13,821 nt of DNA. Origin: Octopus sinensis (lineage: Eukaryota). Below, one piece after another: positions 9,619-13,821 of this stretch. The notes below the pieces were generated by a model that saw nothing but the letters and a program-made list of their open reading frames with translations, did no database searches and had not been told where the DNA came from. Positions within the stretch are counted from its first letter, which is position 1. Each line of letters begins with the position of its first letter. Made by a program: the position numbers and the translations under genes. Location of the stretch: contig NW_021826494.1 in the NCBI RefSeq assembly GCF_006345805.1, positions 1 to 13,821 of the forward strand. The letters are read 5' to 3'.

Positions 9619-9871
9619 TCTTCTTATTATCTATTCATTTATTTATCTATTTATTTATCAATATATCTATTTATTTATTTGTAGTTATAAGAAGCGTTTT
9701 ATATATCCATTTTCGCTTTAGAAATTACTAATTTTCCCTGATCTCCTTTTAATATGTGTGAATGTGTGTGTGTGTGTGTGTGTACTCATACACGCGTGCA
9801 CACACACACACGCACATGTGCATGCACACAAATATAGTGTTTTTCCGACTTACATAGTCATACGCGTGATA

Positions 9872-10036
<165 letters not shown>

Positions 10037-10336
10037 TTACAAGTACGGTATGTTCTATTATATATTTGATGCCTTATGAAGTGGTAATCAAAGACTCAGT
10101 ATAATATTCAGAGACGACTTATCAGGCTCTAAGTAATTGCGTGAGAAGTTATTTGAAATGGCATTAATACCAAACAATAATAAACATTCCTGGTTGAATT
10201 TATTTTCCTCTACTTCCATGTTGTTTTGCTTGATTAGTGTCAACATTAAATTTAACAGACATTAGAAGTTTAAATAGAATCATATAAGCCAAATAATTAT
10301 AATTTATTTCCATGATCAATATTATTTTAATTTTTT

Positions 10337-10380
10337 GACTCCAGACATGTTTCGGTTTTATTAGACCTTCTCAGTAAAAC
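10337..10380 (-). ncRNA. Degenerate minimal type I hammerhead ribozyme motif (Penelope-like element type)
   Basis: Minus-strand RNA GUUUUA-CUGAGA-A-GGU-CUAAUAAA-ACC-GAA-ACAUGU-C-UGGAGU. The CUGANGA box lacks one nucleotide. Stem II GGU/ACC, GAAA, palindromic helix III ACAUGU and the GUC cleavage triplet are present. Confidence 0.5.
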
Positions 10381-10588
10381 ATGCACTTAGTCACACCTTA
10401 CCGAAATAGTGATGAGAGAATATTGCACCGGAGAAAGCATGACAAATTAACAACTTTTCGGACGTTCCTTTTCCTTCGATGACTCTGGGGAGATTTAATT
10501 AATGTAAAATGTCTAGCTATTTCTCTTTTAAGTTTCTACTTTTAGCGTTGCACACTGACACACACACACACACATGCATATATATATA

Positions 10589-10951
10589 CTCTTTTACTCT
10601 CTTTTACATGTTTCAGTCACGTGACTGTGGTCATGCTGGAGCACCGCCTTTAGTCGAGCAAATCGACCCCAGGACTTATTCTTTGTAAGCCTAGTACTTA
10701 TTCTATCGGTCTCTTTTGTCAAGCGATTTTGGGGGTACAAACACAGACACACAGACATACACACACACACACACACATATATATACATATATACGACGGG
10801 CTTCTTTCAGTTTCCGTCTACCACATCCACTCACAAGGCTTTGGTCGGCCCGAGGCTATAGTATAAGGCACCTGCCCAAGGTGCCACGTAGTGGGAATCA
10901 ACCGGGAACCATGTGGTTCGTAAGCAAGCTACTTACCACACAGCCACTCCT
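10589..10951 (-). mobile_element. SINE family B with an internal deletion, flanked by (TA)n on both sides
   Basis: Colinear with 12999-13411 except for the segment lost at ttttgtc|aagcg (~10720). Confidence 0.93.
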
Positions 10952-11340
10952 ATATATATATATATTCCTTAGTTTCACAAGCATAGGACCACCATTAATG
11001 AAATTCCAATCGTGCTTTCAAAATGGCCGACAAATATTCTGACGTCAAACCTACGACAAAGCAAAATAATTCTTTGTCGCTTTGAAACTCATATTGATTG
11101 AAGTTAAGGCGATTATTGTTTGTGAGACAGTTGTTGAGTTTCGGTTATTTGATACTATTAGTATTTCAAAATCATATCTCTCAAGGCTATGGATTCACAC
11201 GGAACATTACGTACATTCGTGTGTGTGTGTGTGTGTAGCTGTGTGTATGTACGCACACACTCCCATATATGTATGGATTGCTGAACGTTCCTATTTGCTA
11301 ACGAAGAAAAGTATATACTACATAGAGGGCGTCTCTTTTT

Positions 11341-11452
11341 GGCGTGGTTGTATGATTAAGAGTCACGGGTTCATTCCTATTGCGCTGCATTTCGGGCAAG
11401 TGTCTTCTACAGCACTTTTAGGTCGACCAATGCCTTGGGAGGAATTTTGGTA
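11341..11452 (+). mobile_element. Diverged SINE family B 5' part
   Basis: ggcgtggttgtatgattaag...gggttcattcc...gggcaagtgtcttctac...gaccaatgccttg...ttggta. Confidence 0.8.
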
Positions 11453-11453
11453 A

Positions 11454-11640
11454 TTTTGTTTCAGTCATTAGAGAGCGGCCATGCTGGAGCACCGCCTTGA
11501 GGAATTTTAGTTGAACTAATCGAGCCCAATACTTTTTTCTTTTTTAAGTTTGGTACTTATTCTATCGACTTCTTTTTGTCGAACTGCTAGGTTACGGGGA
11601 CGTAAACACATCAACACCGGCTGTCGAGTGGTGGTAAGGG
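11454..11640 (-). mobile_element. SINE family B 3' half (older variant)
   Basis: tgtttcagtcatt...gcggccatgctggagcaccgcctt...gtacttattctatcg...gttacggggacgtaaacac. Confidence 0.88.
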
Positions 11641-11644
11641 GTAA

Positions 11645-11817
11645 GGCGCCGAGCTGGCAGAATCGTTAGCACGCCGGGCGAAATGCTTGGCGGTATTTCG
11701 CTTGTCGCTACGTTCTGAGTTCAAATTCCGCCTTTCATCCTTTCGGGGTCGATAAATTAAGTACCAGTTACGCACTGGGGTCGATGTAACCGACTTAATC
11801 CGTTTGTGTCTGTCCTT
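11645..11817 (+). mobile_element. SINE family A, 3'-truncated, with a 15-bp internal deletion
   Basis: Matches 5712-5897. aaattccgcc|tttcatcc lacks gaggtcgactttgcc. Confidence 0.92.
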
Positions 11818-12323
11818 CTAATTGTCTGTTCAATTCTAATCTTTTGTTCAAAGTTTTACAATCGTTTCACAGAGTTTTATACTTCTCCGAGAAGCAGGAA
11901 CCACATCTTTTGGAACCTTTAATATAGGAAGAGGCACATTCAATAATGAACTAAAGAATTTTACAATTGTTTATAATTTCACTCTCTTAACTTCAGATAT
12001 ATTTGGCATCTGAATGTACATCTATATTATGGGAGTCGTTTTTCAAAGCACTTCAATAAACTATATATATATCTTTGACCTTCGATTCTACTTACAAAGG
12101 ACATTTTAGCTCAAGGGACACAAACCGTGTAGAGGGGCGATATCAAAGTTTGAGTACACAAACATTTTCTTCTTTTAAGCTGGCCACAGAAACTGATATT
12201 TTGGTAAAGCTATAATTCCCCTTAATGTTTTTTCGTAGAGAATCTTATGATATAAATGTTCGATAGGATATGCTTTTTTTAAGGGTTAAGAAAATCCTGG
12301 TAGTGTCGAACCAGCCGTTTCAG

Positions 12324-12652
12324 TTATATATAAACGGTAAAATGTCGTCTGCGTGTGTGTCCGTTATACAAATCCACAATTTTTCAGTTAGAGGGCTAGC
12401 ACTTTCTATGGTCATTCAAAACCGTCCAAGGGTGGTCATGCACATCTTTACATTTCCCCAGTCACCCTGCAAAGCCATTAAAAAATCAATAGAAGTGACT
12501 TTTTTTTGTGAATTTTCTATCCAAACCCCAATCAAAATGCCCGAAACTTGATACGCCAATTGAATGCCAGCTAGCTGTATGTGATTGGTCGGAGATTTGG
12601 ACAGTACTCGCGTGTATGTGCGCATGCACGCAGCTGTATATGCATGCACTAG
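12324..12652 (+). mobile_element. Probable non-autonomous Helitron (~330 bp)
   Basis: 5' ttatatataaa followed by a gtctgcgtgtgtgtcc microsatellite-like seed. 3' imperfect hairpin gcatgca-cgcagctgtata-tgcatgc (12622-12647), then CTAG (12649-12652). No TIR or TSD seen. Confidence 0.62.
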
Positions 12653-12998
12653 CACTTTGGCCCGGCGTTATATTATAAAATATTTAGTTTACGATGGTAA
12701 CAGTTGTGAATATCGGCTTAATTCCTTTTGTAATGTATTCTATTTGAATGTACAATTTATACGCAAACAGATGTACGTACCAATGACCCTTATAAACAAT
12801 ATATATATATATATATACTTATAAGTAAACAAAAGTTTGCACTTGGCAGACTGTTAATTTAGAAGCTAAAAATAACCACTAGTCAGAAAATAAACAAGAC
12901 TGTAAAATCCTTAGCCTTTTATGAACCATATATAATTCTTCTGTCAAATACTAGTGCAGATTAATATATTTTGAAAAAGCGAGCAGCAGAAATATATA

Positions 12999-13411
12999 CT
13001 CTTTTACTCTTTTACTTGTTTCAGTCATTTGACTGCGGCCATGCTGGAGCACCGCCTTTAATCGAGCAACTCGACCCCGGGACTTATTCTTTGAAATCCC
13101 AGTACTTATTCTATCGGTCTCTTTTTGTCGAACCGCTAAGTGACGGAGACATAAACACACCAGCATCGGTTGTCAAGCAATGCTAGGGGGACAAACACAG
13201 ACACACAAACATACACACACACACATATATATATATATACATATATCCGACAGGCTTCTTTCAGTTTCCGTCTACCAAATCCACTCACAAGGCATTGGTC
13301 GGCCCGGGGCTATAGCACAAGACACTTGCCCAAGGTGCTACGCAGTGGGACTGAACCCGGAACCATGTGGTTGGTAAGCAATCTACTTACCACACAGCCA
13401 CTCCTGCGCCT
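12999..13411 (-). mobile_element. SINE family B, full length, best-preserved copy
   Basis: Minus strand: aggcgcaggag, A-box TGGCTGTGTGG, B-box GGGTTCAGTCCC, CORE-like ccttgggcaagtgtctt, internal (TA)(TG) tract, tail (AGTAAAAG)2. Confidence 0.95.
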
Positions 13412-13613
13412 ATGTTCCATTATTTTTACATTAAATCCGTTTACTACTCTGTTATGGAATAATAGTTCAACTGCATATCCAACGGCTCAATAATATGCAC
13501 TTTTGAGAATTTACTCTGTTCAAAATAATAGAAGCCAGTCCGTTTGCAACCAATACAATCCTTCAGAATGTCTCAGATTCATCAGTGGGTTCGTCCCAAT
13601 TAATGATCTGAAC

Positions 13614-13821
13614 ATTACTATTATTATTACTATTATTATTATTATTATCATTATTATTATTACTATTATTATTATTATTATTATATTATTATTATTTTAT
13701 TATTATTATTATATATTATTATTATTTTATTATTATCATTATCATATTTTGTTATTATTGTTATTATATTATTATTATTATTATATTATTATTATTATTA
13801 TTATTATTATCATTATTATTA
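13614..13821. repeat. Interrupted (ATT)n microsatellite running off the window end
   Basis: Directly visible. Confidence 0.97.

Noticed and set aside
11873-12013. Open frame after a ttcacAG acceptor-like site (SFILLREAG...)
   Set aside because: It has no convincing donor site or recognisable homology, and its length is compatible with chance.
12280-12290. GGGTTAA piggyBac-like right ends here and at ~4234
   Set aside because: No matching TTAACCC left end was found.
12951-13493. ORFs that recur with similar peptides at 6529-7369 and 10594-11042
   Set aside because: The apparent paralogy is translation of SINE-B copies.
13575-13590. CTGATGA on the minus strand
   Set aside because: There is no appropriately placed GAAA box downstream.

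Overview
A non-coding, AT-rich, repeat-saturated stretch of an animal nuclear genome (intronic or intergenic). The repeat families resemble those I recall from Octopus/coleoid cephalopods, which is an inference. No protein-coding gene is supported: the supplied ORFs are translations of microsatellites, SINEs or MITEs, or match nothing I recognise. Main contents: (i) many copies of two tRNA-headed SINE families, called A and B here; (ii) a near-identical ~1.13 kb tandem duplication (1361-2491 / 2492-3610) bounded by (TA)n tracts; (iii) short non-autonomous DNA transposons: two Tc1/mariner-type MITEs (each duplicated), a hAT/Charlie-type MITE, a ~440 bp TIR element carrying TTAGGG repeats and a probable non-autonomous Helitron; (iv) a mariner transposase C-terminal relic; (v) long simple and compound microsatellites. 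Most worth follow-up: a degenerate Penelope-type minimal hammerhead ribozyme (10337-10380, minus), the telomere-repeat TIR element, a trimeric SINE-A, a stem-loop shared by the two SINE families, and a cluster of inverted SINE-B copies that could form dsRNA. I see no convincing new multi-gene system.
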